From Mustelus asterias (Eukaryota), in NCBI RefSeq assembly GCF_964213995.1, contig NC_135812.1:79670001-79734000 (forward strand): 64,000 bases of DNA, written 5' to 3'. Numbering within the stretch: position 1 is the stretch's first letter; each line of letters opens with the position of its first letter. The notes beneath the pieces were generated by a model, which was not told the DNA's origin, ran no database searches, and saw nothing but the letters and a program-made list of their open reading frames with translations. The position numbers and the translations under genes were made by a program. Of the stretch, positions 1 through 11,333 are shown in pieces.

Positions 1-80
1 ACTGAAGAAGTCACATCACCAGTTCTCACATGCCTACACCCATCAATTCCTAGGAGACTGGGAGGAGAGCGTTGCCAGTT

Positions 81-436
81 CATAGAATCCCTATGCTGCA
101 AAAGGAGGCAGGCCGTTCGGCCCATCGAGTCTGCACGACTCTCTGACAGGGCATCTTATCCTGGCCCTATCCCCCGCCCTATCTCCGCAACCCCACACAT
201 TTATCCCCTTAATCTAGACACCTTGGGACTAAAGGGCAATTTAGTGGTCTAATGGTCAATCCATCTAACCGGCACATCTTTGGACTTTAGGAGGAAATCG
301 GAGCACCCGGAGGAAACCCACCCAGACACGGGGAGAATGTGCAATCGCCACACAAGAGAGTCACCCAAGAATGGAATCAAACCTGGCTCCCTGGCGCTGT
401 GAGGCAATAATGCTAACCATTGTGCCATAACGCCAC
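81..436 (-). mobile_element. HE1-like tRNA-derived V-SINE with CR1-type tail (family A)
   Basis: Box A/B-like head, core GTGGGTTTCCTCCGGGTGCTCCG, tail GATTCTATG. Confidence 0.85.
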
Positions 437-974
437 AGAGGATTACATCAGAGAATTTTGCAAAAGGTTTACGTGATAATTAGTCACTGAACATATCGTG
501 CGCAAAGGAATAACTTAAATACCTGAATCTTCCCTCACAACTTTGTGACTTTTGTGTGTAAAACAAGTGGAATTAATTGTGTAATTGACTAAAAATTACT
601 GGATTTTTGCTCAATTCTATTTTAATTTAATTTTGCGATCAGAATTTTGATATTTCCAGTGGAATACTGAAGCCCCATGAATAGGGTCGTTATGAGGGGA
701 GCATCCGAATGTAAAGCTACGATGATTACATACAAGTGAGAAATAAAACACAACTGATGGAAGATATCAGTTCAAATCTCGCAAGGTGAAGCAATCAGTG
801 AAGGGTTGCCATTCCATTCCTACTCTTTATTATTTCAAAAATATACCTTTTTCTTATACAATCTGAAAAACATTACAGAAACATTTCCGATCGTTACAAC
901 AGCAAAAAGCAATCATATTTACATTTCCCTTGAGATCAAAATTTACACTGTGCCCAGTCTAAAATCATTACATA

Positions 975-2250
975 GGGGCAATTCCCCCATCCCGCTGCAC
1001 AGCAGGCTGGGAGAATTGCGCGGGGGCGATTCTCAGAGTTCTCGCGAGCGTTCGCCCCCACTGGCGTTTCCCAGCACCCGATTTCCGGTGCCGTCTGTGT
1101 CGGAAATCGGCGGGGAGGTGGGGCTCGCATTTAAATTATATTTTAAATATTATTTAAATGCTAGTAGTGGGCCCGGGACTGATTTCTCCAGGCCCGCTAG
1201 CCTCTCCCAACCCGCCACTCCAGCGGGGACTACACAAGCTCCTCGTTTTTGGGGAACCAGCGGCCCAACCCCCTGGGCATGCGCACCCTGGCAGTGCTAG
1301 CCTGTGCCCTGGGCACTGCCCAAGGGGAAAGGTGCCCATGCCCAGAGGCCACCTTGGCACTGCCCATCAGGCATGGGGCAGTACCAAGGGAGCAGGGCCT
1401 TATGCGGGCAGGTCCGTACGGGGGCGGGGCCGAGCAGGCGATTGGTGGGGGTGGGGGGGGTGGGATCGATAGGGGCAGGAGGGAGGCCAGCAATCGGGGC
1501 GAGCTGGGGGGGTGTCTGCTGGGGGGGTGCATGGGGGATCTGCCGGGGGTGGGGGGGGGGGGCGGATTGGCATTGCGGGACAGCGGGGGCTGGAGATTGG
1601 GGCGGTCAGGGACGGGGGTCCAGGAATGGTTGAGGGTTCATAGAAAGAATCATAGAAACCCCACAGTGCAGAAAGCAGCCATCTGGCCCATCGAGTCTGC
1701 ACCGACCACAATCCCACCCAGGCCCTACCCCCTTATCCCTAAACATTTACCTGCTAATCGCTTTAACCTATGCATCTCAGGACACTAAGGGGCAATTTTA
1801 GCATGGCCAATCCACCTAACCCGCACATCTTTAGACTGTGGGAGGAAACCGGAGCACCCGGAGGAAACCCACACAGACACGAGGAGAATGTGCAAACTCC
1901 ACACAGACAGTGACCCAAGCCGGGAATCGAACCCCAGGTCCCTGGAGCTGTGAAGCAGCAGTGCTAACCACTGTGCTACCGTGCCGCCTGATTTTGCGAG
2001 CGGGCTGTGTGGGGAGGGTAGAGGGACAGCACTGTGGATTTCTGGGGCTGGCCAGCAATCGAGCTGGCCAGTAAATGGGAGGCTGACAGTTCGGGGCCAC
2101 TGCGCATGTGCAGAGGCCGATTGGGTTCAGCCTCCGGGGTGGGAATAGGCCCCGACCTTGAAATCTAATGATATTCATGCTGGTGACCTCTGCATTGTAC
2201 AGCGAGTGGGAGATTCTTGTGTGAACTCCCACTGAAAAAAAGAGTGACTT
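975..2250 (+). mobile_element. GC-rich MITE-like element (PIF/Harbinger type) interrupted by a SINE
   Basis: Starts GGGGCAATTCCCCCATCCCGCTGC...GGCTGGGAGAATTGC hairpin; homologous to 13881-14472 and 57564-58467. Confidence 0.65.
1639..1988 (-). mobile_element. Family A SINE nested in a MITE
   Basis: Full head, core and GATTCTATG-type tail. Confidence 0.9.
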
Positions 2251-2251
2251 A

Positions 2252-2570
2252 CGTTTAGGTTTTTAGGTTTAGTTTACTTATTAGTGTCACAAGGCTTACA
2301 TTAACACTGCAATGAAGTTACTACCAAAATCCCCCAGTCGCCACATTTCGGCGCCTGTTCGGGTACACTGAGGGAGAGTTTAGCATGGCCAATGCACCTA
2401 ACCAGCACGTCTTTCGGACTGTGGGAGGAAACCGGAGCACCCGGAGGGAACCCACATAGACACAGAGATAATATGCAGACTCCGCACAGACAGTGACCCA
2501 AGCCGGGAATCGAACCCGGGGCCCTGGCACTGTGAGGCAGCACTGCTAACCACTGTGCAACCATTCCGCC
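2252..2570 (-). mobile_element. Family B SINE (same head and core, different tail)
   Basis: Tail GTACCCGAACAGGCGCC...CAGTAACTTCATTGCAGTGTTAATGTAAGCC..GTGACACTAATAA. Confidence 0.88.
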
Positions 2571-3021
2571 ATGAATACCAAAAATAAGTATTATTTATTT
2601 GATAAATAAATCTAAATAAACCTAAACCTAAGATTATAACCAGTCCAAGGGATTTTTCCAGTTACTAGCCCCTTGGTTTATTTGGGTTGAAAGACCTCAC
2701 ACAGTGGCCTTTCCCCTTGTGCCTTGGCGGCAGCTACCATTCCATTCCAACGACTCTGGAGCTTCACATTTCTTCCGGGATGAAGCTGCTTCCTTGTCGT
2801 GCTGGATCGTTAGGGGAAGGCAAGCCATGCCCCCTTTTTGTGGCAGCAATTGGCTTATTCTGGGAAACATTCACCAAAACATTGGAACATTTCAAAGGCT
2901 TTCCCATGTGTCAGTGTATGAGTGAATGGGTGAATAGAAGGAAGATTACATGGGTAAGGGGCTGGAGTGGATGAGGTAAATGGGTAGGGGAGTAGGGTGA
3001 GTGAGATAATTGGATATTACA

Positions 3022-3815
3022 GAATCACAGAATTACTAGGTGCAGAAGGAGAACATTTGGCCCATTGTGTCTGCACCAGCTCTCCAAATGAGCATCATGA
3101 CTTAGTGTCATTCCTCTGCCTATTCCCTGTACCCATTGCACATTGTTTCTTTCCTTGTAATTGTCTAATGCCCTCTTGAATGCCTCAGTTGAATCTGCCT
3201 CCACCACACTTCCAGGCAGTGCGTTCCAGACCCAAACTACCCGTTGTGTGAAAAATACTTTTTCTCACATTACATCTGCTTCTTTTGCAATTTAAATCTG
3301 TTCCCTCACAGGGGGAGGCAATTGTCCAGTGGTATTATTGCTAGCCAATTAATCCAGAAACTCAGTTGATATTCTGGGGACCTGCGTTCGAATCCTGCCA
3401 CAGGAATTTGAATTAGAATTCAATGAAAAACATCTGGAATTAAGAATCCACTGATGACCATGAAACCATTGTCGATTGCTGGAAAAACCCATCTGGCTCA
3501 CTAATGTCCTTTAGGGAAGGAAATCTGCCATCCTTAACCAGTCTGGCCCACATGTGACTCTCGAGCCACAGCAATGTGATTGATTCTCAACTGCCCTCTG
3601 ACATGACCTAGTAAGACACTCAGTTCAATGCCAACTAGGGATGGGCAACAAATGCTGGCCAGCCAGCGCCACCCATGTCCCACGAATGAATAAAAGAAAA
3701 CATTCTTGATCCTTTTACAAGCAGGAAAAGATGCTCCCTATCTATTCTGTCCAGTCCCCTCATGATCTGGAATATCTCTATCAAATCTCCTCTTAGTCTT
3801 TTTCTGTAGGGTAAG
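3022..3815 (-). mobile_element. CR1 LINE 3' end interrupted by a family C SINE
   Basis: RLRGDLIEIFQIMRGLDRID and VEADS..AFKRALD motifs either side of 3310-3700. Confidence 0.8.
3311..3700 (+). mobile_element. Family C tRNA-derived SINE
   Basis: Head with GTTCGAATCC box B, tail GGGCAACAAATGCTGGCC..CCCATGTCCCACGAATGAATAAAA. Other copies near 34300-35100, 47905-48105, 50540-50900 and 56467-56812. Confidence 0.8.
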
Positions 3816-4130
3816 ACGGTAGGGTGGGTGAGGTAAGTGTGTAGAGTAACATGTGGGTGAACTGGAAGATGGGCAGGTGATAGGGTGGTAGGTGGGCCGA
3901 GTGGCAGGTGGGTAGACAGATGGGATGGCGGCTCAGGAGAGTGGTGCATGTTGTCAGTGTGATAGATAGACACGGTGGCAGATGGGTAGGGTGGTAGGTG
4001 AATAGTGTGGTGAGGTGGCAGGTGCATAGGGTAGTAGGTGGATGGAATGGTAGGTGGGTAGTGTGATTAGGTGGCAGGCGGGAATTGTGCCAGCTGGAAA
4101 GGGTGGCAGATGGATAGGATGGTAAGGTGT
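3816..4130 (+). repeat. Low-complexity (GGTA/GGTG/GGCA)n tract
   Basis: Degenerate GTGGGTAGG and GTGGCAGATGG units. Confidence 0.75.
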
Positions 4131-4567
4131 TTAATTTTGGCTCCCTTACATAATGGGAGGTATTAATGGTCTGGAGAAGGCCCAGCGAAGGAGACCTAGA
4201 ATGATATAAAATCTCAAGATTCAAAGATGTCAAGAGAGGGTCAGTGAATTAGTCTCTTTTCTACAAGAGAAAAACTGGGTGGAAAATAGGAGTTTGCTGC
4301 ACTCATTCTATTACTGTTAAGTGGGTAAAATGAAGCACAAAGAATGCCGTCAAAGTATGTGCCCTAAAATTAGATTATATGGCACTCATAGTGACCTGCA
4401 ATCTACTTATCTTACTGGGATAGTGAGATAGAGTTTAGGGACATTCTCCAACATGACTGTAGTGAAATATCCCACAAGGAAAGGATTTTAGTCTCCAGTC
4501 TATAAATCCTTTCCTCCTCTTTCTGCTACTTTGAGTTCCAGACTGCAGGCTCCAAAGGTGATGTCAC

Positions 4568-5092
4568 TGTGTCCAGTTTTGGTCTCTGTATTTGAGGAAG
4601 GATGTGCTGACGTTAGAGGTGGTTCAGAGGGGGTTCACCACATTGATTCCAGGAATGAAAGGGTTGATATATGAGGAGAGATTGAACAGTTTGGTCTTTT
4701 ATTCGCTGGACTTCAGAAGGATGAGAGGTGACCCGATCGAGGTATATAAAATACTACAAGAGATTGATAATGTAAACGTAGACCAAATGTTTCCCCTTGT
4801 GGGGCAATCTAGAACAAGAGGTCACAAGTATAGGTTGAGAGGCGGTAGATTTAAAGCTGAGATCAGGAGAAACTACTCCTCGCAGAGGGTGGTGAATTTG
4901 TGGAACTCGCTGCCCCGTAGCGCGATGGAGACAGAAATAGTTCTGATTTTAAAAATGGGTTAAAGGGATATGGGGAACAGGTAGGGAGGTGGATTTGAGA
5001 CCAGGGAGACATCAGCCATGATCTGATTGAATGGCGGAGCAGGCTCGAAGAACTGAATTGCCTGTTTCTGCTTCAAATTCCTATGTTCCTTT
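4568..5092 (+). mobile_element. CR1 LINE 3' end
   Basis: ORF 4592-4963 (LEVVQRGFT..RRMRGD..TRGH..WNSLP) and CCTATGTT tail. Confidence 0.9.
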
Positions 5093-5168
5093 GTCATTGG
5101 ATTTCTGTACATGTAAGAAGTCTCACAACACCAGGTTAACGTCCAACAGGTTTATTTGGTAGCACAAG

Positions 5169-5205
5169 CCACCAGCTTTCGGAATGCTGCCCCTTCATCA
5201 GGTAA
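5169..5205 (-). ncRNA. Degenerate hammerhead motif of a second pLTR variant
   Basis: TTAC-CTGATGA-A-GGGGC(AGC)ATTCC-GAAA-GC-TG-GTGG; G at the H17 cleavage position and a weakened stem II suggest it is inactive. Confidence 0.65.
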
Positions 5206-6025
5206 GTGGGAGTTCTGTTCACAAACAGGGCATATAAAGACACAAACTCAATTTACAAAATAATGGTTGGAATGCGAGTCTGTACAGGTATCGAGTCTTA
5301 AAGGTACAGACAATGTGAGTGGAGAGAACGTTAAGCACAGGTTAAAGAGATGTATTGCCCCCAGCCAGGACAATTAGTGAGATTTTGCAAGCCCAGGCAA
5401 GTCGTGGTGGTTACAGATAGTGTGACATGAACCCAAGATCCCAGTTGAGGCCGTCCTCATGTGTGCGGAACTTGGCTATCAGTTTCTGCTCAGCGACTCT
5501 GCACTGTCATGTGTCGTGAAGGCCACCTTGGAGAACGCTTACCCGAATATCAGAGGCCGAATGCCCGTGACTGCTGAAGTGTTCCCCAACAGGATGAGAA
5601 CATTCCTGCCCGGTGATTGTCAAGCGGTGTTCATTCATCCGTTGTCGTAGCGTCTGCATGGTCTCCCCAATGTATCATGCCTCGGGACATCCTTTCCTGC
5701 AGCGTATCAGGTATACAACGTTGGCCGAGTTGCAAGTGTATGCACCGTGTATCTGGTGGATGGTGTTCTCACGTGAGATGATGGCATCCATGTCGATGAT
5801 CCGGCACGTCTTGCAGAGGTTGCTGTGGCAGGATTGTGTGGTGTCGTAGTCGCTGTTCTCCTGAAGGCTGGGTAGTTTGCTGCGGACAATGGTCTGTTTG
5901 AGGTTGTGCGGTTGTTTGAAGGCAAGAAGTGGGGGTGTGGGGATGGCCTTGGCGAGATGTTCGTCTTCATCAATGACATGTTGAAGGCTCCGGAGAAGAT
6001 GTCGTAGCTTCTCCACTCCGGGGAA

Positions 6026-7664
6026 CACTACCGACAGTTACCGCAGATCCAACCAAAGAACACACCCGTCAACTCAACAGATTGATCAAGACCTTTGATC
6101 CGGACTTTCAGAGCACCCTCCGTGCTCTCATTGAAGATGCTCTGTGCTCGCGTTGAAGATCTCTACTGCCTCCCGAAGATACACAAGGCCGTCCCATCGT
6201 ATCAGGCAATGGGACCCTGTACGAGAACCTCTCCGGCTACGTCGAGGGCATCCTGAAACCCATTGTACAAAGAACCCCCAGCTTTTGTCGCGACACGACG
6301 GACTTCCTACAGAAACTCAGCACACATGGAGCAGTTGAACCAGGAGCACTCCTCGTCACAATAGATATCTCGGCACTCTACACCAGCATCCCCCACGACG
6401 ATGGCATTGCTGCAACGGCCTCAGTACTCAACGCCAACAACTGCCAATCTCCAGATGCAATTTTACAACTCATCCGCTTCATCCTGGACCACAATGTCTT
6501 CACCTTCAACAACCAGTTCTTCATCCAGACACACGGAACAGCCATGGGGACCAAATTCGCACCTGTGAATGTGAAAATGCGAAAACCCATGTGAAAATTA
6601 AAATTAAAGCAAGGGCTGTTATGCCTTCCCATGAATGGAAATCATTTCGCTACACTTTTCAAAGAGGAGTGGGAGATGCACAGGTTCAAACAAGACCTCT
6701 TCACCGCACAGGACCTTCAATCGATGCTATACACTAGATACATTGATGACATTTTCTTTCTTTGGACTCATGGTGAACAATCACTGAAACAACTATATGA
6801 TGACAGCAGCAAGTTCCATCCCACCATCAGACTCACCATGGACTACTCTCCGGAATCGGTTGCATTCTTGGACACACGCATCTCCATTAAGGACGGTCAC
6901 CTCAGCACCTCACTGTACCGCAAGCCCACGGGTAACCTCACGATGCTCCACTTCTCCAGCTTCCACCCTAAACACGTTAAAGAAGCACCGACCTCCTCAG
7001 AAGACAAACACGGGACACGGTGGACAGAGTACCCTTCGTCGTCCAGTACTTCCCCGGAGTGGAGAAGCTACGGCATCTCCTCCGGAGCCTTCAACATGTC
7101 ATTGATGAAGACGAACATCTCGCCAAGGCCATCCCCACACTCCCACTTCTTGCCTTCAAGCAACCGTACAACCTCAAACAGACCATTGTCCACAGCAAAC
7201 TACCCAGCCTTCAGGAGAACAGTGACCACGACACCACACAACCCTGCCACAGCAACCCCTGCAAAACGTGCCGGATCATCGACACGGATGCCATCATCTC
7301 ACGTGAGAACACCGTTTACCAGGTACACGGTACCTACTCTTGCAACTCGGCCAACATTGTCTACCTGATACGCTGCAGGAAATGATGTCCCGAGGCATGG
7401 TACATTGGGGAAACCATGCAGACGCTATGACAACGGATGAATGAACACTGCTCGACAATCACCAGGCAAGAGTGTTCTCTTCCTGTTGGGGAACACTTCA
7501 GCGGTCATGGGCATTCAGCCTCTGATCTTCGGGTAAGCGTTCTCCAAGGCAGCCTTCATGACACACGACAGCGCAGAGTCGCTGAGCAGAAACTGATAGC
7601 CAAGTTCCGCACACATGAGGACGGCCTAAACCGGGATCTTGGGTTTATGTCGCACTATCAGTAG
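6026..7664 (+). pseudogene. Penelope RT and GIY-YIG endonuclease, disrupted
   Basis: ORF fragments 6631-7368, 7020-7385 and 7437-7664; stops, a deletion near 6987 and an insertion at 6565-6675. Confidence 0.88.
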
Positions 7665-7875
7665 CCCCCTCAGCTTGCCTCCTGGACCTGCAGAATCTCA
7701 CTGGCTGTCCTGTCTGGAGACAATACACATCTCTTTAACCTGTGCTTAATGCTCCCTCCACTCACATTGTCTGTATCTTTAAGACCTGGTTGGTTGTAGA
7801 GATTCGCATTCTAATCAGTATTCTGTAACTTGATTTTGTGCCTCTGTATGCCCTGTTTGAGAGCAGATATCCACT

Positions 7876-7912
7876 CCATCTGACGAAGGAGCAGCGCTCC
7901 GAAAGCTAATGG
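7876..7912 (+). ncRNA. Minimal type I hammerhead ribozyme motif
   Basis: CCAT-CTGACGA-A-GGAGC(AGC)GCTCC-GAAA-GC-TA-ATGG: stem I CCAT/ATGG, core CUGANGA and GAAA, stem II hairpin, palindromic AGCU stem III. Confidence 0.85.
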
Positions 7913-8859
7913 CATTTGCTACCAAATAAGCCTGTTGGACTTTAACCTGGTGTTGTTAAAACTCTTACTGTGTTTACCCCAGTCCAACGCTGGCATCTCC
8001 ACTTCACATACAGATTCCCATAGTAGCTGTCAGCTTCAGCGGGGGAGTTATAGTGAACGGTAGCTGTTTTACCATTAGTCCCTTCACAAGGTCTGGGCAA
8101 ATGTTTGTGCAATTTAAATTTAAGCAACTGAAACTTAACATTGCATTTCTTCATATGCTAATCTTTGTCTTCCTCTCCCTGTTGCTTCTGTGTAACTCAG
8201 TTGAATTGAGCTTACATTCCATCTAGTGCTTCTTAGTAAAATAACAGTTAGCTTTTGTCATGGTGAGAAAATAGCTCCCCCTGCTGGAATTGAAATTAAA
8301 TATCAAATTAAATTTTAAAATTGCGCTATTTAAATGTGCTCAGAGGGAAGTTGATTTCTACAACACTTCACCACTTCACTCTGGGTGTCCCAAGGTATGT
8401 CACAACCAATTGATTACTTTTGCAAAATGTCAATCATTATCTAATAACTTCGAAGGCGGCTCATTGTGGCTTCAAGTTATGAAGGGTTTAATACCAACAA
8501 TATTTACATATGTATAGGCAATGGTCTGACAGAACTGCAAAATATGGTTACTCTCTTCTGCACCCTGGCTCCAACTGAGGTTCCTCCCCGACCGAGGACA
8601 CATGCCCTTACTCCCGATTGGCTCGGCTTCCTACACTGCCTCTCCATAGGATCCGGCCCAATCAGATGGCCCTCATGGATCGCCCCCTTAAAGGGGCAAC
8701 ACTACCATAGTCCTTGTGTTCTTGTTTTGCCAATTATGCATAGTAAGATCCCAGAAATGGAAAATCAGATGAAGGACTTGTTTTCAGTGGCAATTGTTGA
8801 CTTCAGAGTCTTGGCCGAGACACCGGGTGATCTCTGCACTCTTCTCAATTTTACCTTTC

Positions 8860-9203
8860 TTGTTCATGGTACTCGCATATGTAAAGAAACAACTCACAAC
8901 TTTCAACACATACAAACGTTCTTTGATGGACAGAAGTCCCACAGGAAAATTATTCCAAGATGGCACCGGAGTGAGGCGACTTCTTGCAAGCTGTGCCCAG
9001 CATACCTTCTAATTCTATCTTTTACCCTTGTTCTATGCTTCTAAAACTTCGTTCTAACTCTCTTAAACTCTCTAACAATGGGCTTCATGACTGCACTCTC
9101 TTATTATCTTCTCTATGAACGGTATGTTTTGTCTGTATAGCGTGCAAGAAACAATACTTTTCATTGTATGCTAATACATGTGACAATAATAAATCAAATC
9201 AAA
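8860..9203 (+). mobile_element. Rex1/Babar-like LINE 3' end
   Basis: Ends ATGTGACAATAATAAATCAAATCAAA; preceded by Deu-SINE-like minus-strand relics at about 8350-8850. Confidence 0.55.
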
Positions 9204-9999
9204 AAGTGGAACAGTTATGGTTAACTAGAGAAGTAAGGATGGCATTCGAAATAAAGAGGCTTCTTACAATGTTGCCAAAAAGGAGTAAACCAACGGATTA
9301 GGAGTGTTTTAAAAATCAGCAATAAAAAAATAAGGAAATGATACAAAGGAACAACATAGAGTCGGAGAGTTAACTAGCAGAAACATAAAAACAGATTGTG
9401 AGCACTTTCACAAGGCTGCAAAAAGGAAGAATTAAACAGGAGGTAAAGCACTATCAAACAATCTTTACAATGCAGAAGGAGTCCACTCATGCCATCGAGT
9501 CTGCACTGGCTCTCTGAAGGAACAATTTACCCAGCCTCACTACCATGCTTTATTCCCGTAACCTTGCACGTTCTTCCTTTTCAGAAAGCAATCCAATTCC
9601 CTTTTGAATAGCTTGATCGAACCCGCCTCCACCACCCTCTCAGAAAGTTCATCCCAGACTCCAACCACCCTCTGCCTGAAAAAAAAGCTTCCTCATAACA
9701 CATTTACTCGTTTTGCCAATTATTTTGAATCTGTGCCCTCTGGTTCTTGACGCTCCCTTGAGTGGGAACAATTTCTCATTATTTACCCTGTCCATACCCC
9801 AAAGGATCTTGAATACCTCTATCAAGTCTCCTCTCAGCCTTTTTTTCTCCACGGGAAACAGTCTTAACTTCTCCAATCTACCCTCAAAGTTAAAGTTTAT
9901 TGCTGGAATCATCCTTGTGAACCTCCTCTGTACTCTCTCCAATGTAAGCGTTTTAACAACACCAGGTTAAAGTCCAACAGGTTTATTTGGTAGCAAATG

Positions 10000-10036
10000 C
10001 CATTAGCTTTCGGAGCGCTGCTCCTTCGTCAGATGG
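10000..10036 (-). ncRNA. Minimal type I hammerhead ribozyme motif
   Basis: Reverse complement of the 7876-7912 motif. Confidence 0.85.
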
Positions 10037-10712
10037 AGTGAAAATCTGCTCTCAAACAGGGCACAGAGACACAAAATGAAGTTACAGAATACTGATTAGA
10101 ATGCAAATAGCTACAGCCAACCAGGTCTTAAAGATACAGACAATGTGAGTGGAGGGAGCATTAAGCACAGGTTAAAGAGATGTGTATTGTCTCCAGACAG
10201 GACAGCCAGTGTCTACCTGATACGCTGCAGGAAAGGATGTCCCGAGGCATGGTACATTGGAGAAACCATGCAGACGCTACGACAAACGGATGAATGAACA
10301 CCGCTCGACAATCACCAGGCAAGACTGTTCTCTTCCTGTGGGGGAGCACTTCAGTGGTCACGGGCATTCAACCTCTGATCTTCGGGTAAGCATTCTCCAA
10401 GGCAGCCTTCACGAGTCGCTGAGCAGAAACTGATAGCCAAGTTCCGCACACATGAGGACGGCCTAAACCAGGATCTTGGGTTCATGTCACACTATCAGTA
10501 ACCCCCACAGCTTGCCTCCTGGACTTGCAGAATCTCACTGGCTGTCCTGTCTGGAGACAATACACATCTCTTTAACCTGTGCTTCATGCTCCCTCCACTC
10601 ACATTGTCTGTATCTTTAAGACCTGGTTGGTTGTAGAGATTCGCATTCTAATCAGTATTCTGTAACTTGATTTTGTGTCTCTGTATGCCCTGTTTGAGAG
10701 CAGATTTCCACT

Positions 10713-10749
10713 CCATCTGACGAAGGAGCAGCGCTCCGAAAGCTAATGG
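10713..10749 (+). ncRNA. Minimal type I hammerhead ribozyme motif
   Basis: Identical to 7876-7912. Confidence 0.85.
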
Positions 10750-11219
10750 CATTTGCTACCAAATAAACCTGTTGGACTTTAACCTGGTGTTGTTAAAACT
10801 CTTACTGTGTTTACCCCAGTCCAATGTTGGCATCTCCGCATCATGACTCTCTCCAAAGGCCAGAACTGGCACCCAGAACTGGTCACAGTAGTGCCGATGA
10901 GACCTAACCAGTGTCTTATTCAAGTTCAAGATGACCCCCTTACTCTTGTACTCAATGTTCTTATGAATAAGGCCTAAGATACTCTAATTTTACTAACTGC
11001 TCTCAACATACTATGTTTAGTCCACAAACTGATTTATTGAATTAGTTAGAATGTTTACTAAAAGTTACAAAACCATATATTGTTTTCATAAAATAAGCTT
11101 TTGAGTCTTTGCACTTAATTACATCAACACGCATTGGTTTCAGTTGTAATGAGACACAAGCATTGCTACCAGCAGAGGATGGAATATTAAGGCTTGTTTT
11201 TCCCATAAACATTCAAGGG

Positions 11220-11333
11220 AAATGTGATGTGGTTTCTGTTCTGTGGGTTGGACTGACACCAGCGCAAGTTTAGATGGAAGTGTATCAGTGCATTCTGTAA
11301 TGTCTTGAGAGAAGTAAACTGCGGACATCAAGC
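11220..11333 (+). promoter_or_regulatory. Putative proximal promoter/5' UTR of the CD7-like gene
   Basis: Non-repetitive sequence just upstream of the ATG with RUNX consensus TGTGGTT (11228-11234) and ETS core GGAAGT (11276-11281); motif presence only. Confidence 0.4.

Larger units (their letters stand above)
5113..8005. mobile_element. Penelope-like element with inverted 5' arm (5113-6025 minus; 6026-8005 plus)
   Basis: Plus arm encodes PLE RT (GRPIVSG, LYTSIPH, GTAMGTKFAP, RYIDDIF, FLD, LYRKPT) and GIY-YIG nuclease (CKTC, NIVYLIRC, YIGET, RMNEH), then a pseudo-LTR. Minus arm is a second EN plus pLTR lacking the last 35 nt or so of tail. Confidence 0.93.
9944..10845. mobile_element. Truncated Penelope-like element with inverted pLTR, nested in a CR1
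   Basis: 9944-10211 is the reverse complement of the pLTR at about 10535-10805; 11-bp TSD ACTCTCTCCAA (9932-9942, 10846-10856). Confidence 0.92.
9545..11010 (-). mobile_element. CR1 LINE 3' part, split by a Penelope insertion
   Basis: ORF 9649-9942 ERVQRRFT..RLRGDL..TRGH; continues after 10856. Confidence 0.85.

Noticed and set aside
806-1788. Overlapping Gly/Pro-rich ORFs
   Set aside because: Artefacts of GC-rich MITE sequence with few stop codons.
1831-2564. Recurrent ORFs such as MVAQWLALLPHS and tRNA-like sequence
   Set aside because: Translations of SINE heads; box A/B present but no full cloverleaf, so neither genes nor tRNAs.
8155-8226. Alternative leader MLIFVFLSLLLLCNS
   Set aside because: Only a weak donor (GTAACT) and an early stop; 11334-11391 has better Kozak context, donor and cleavage site.
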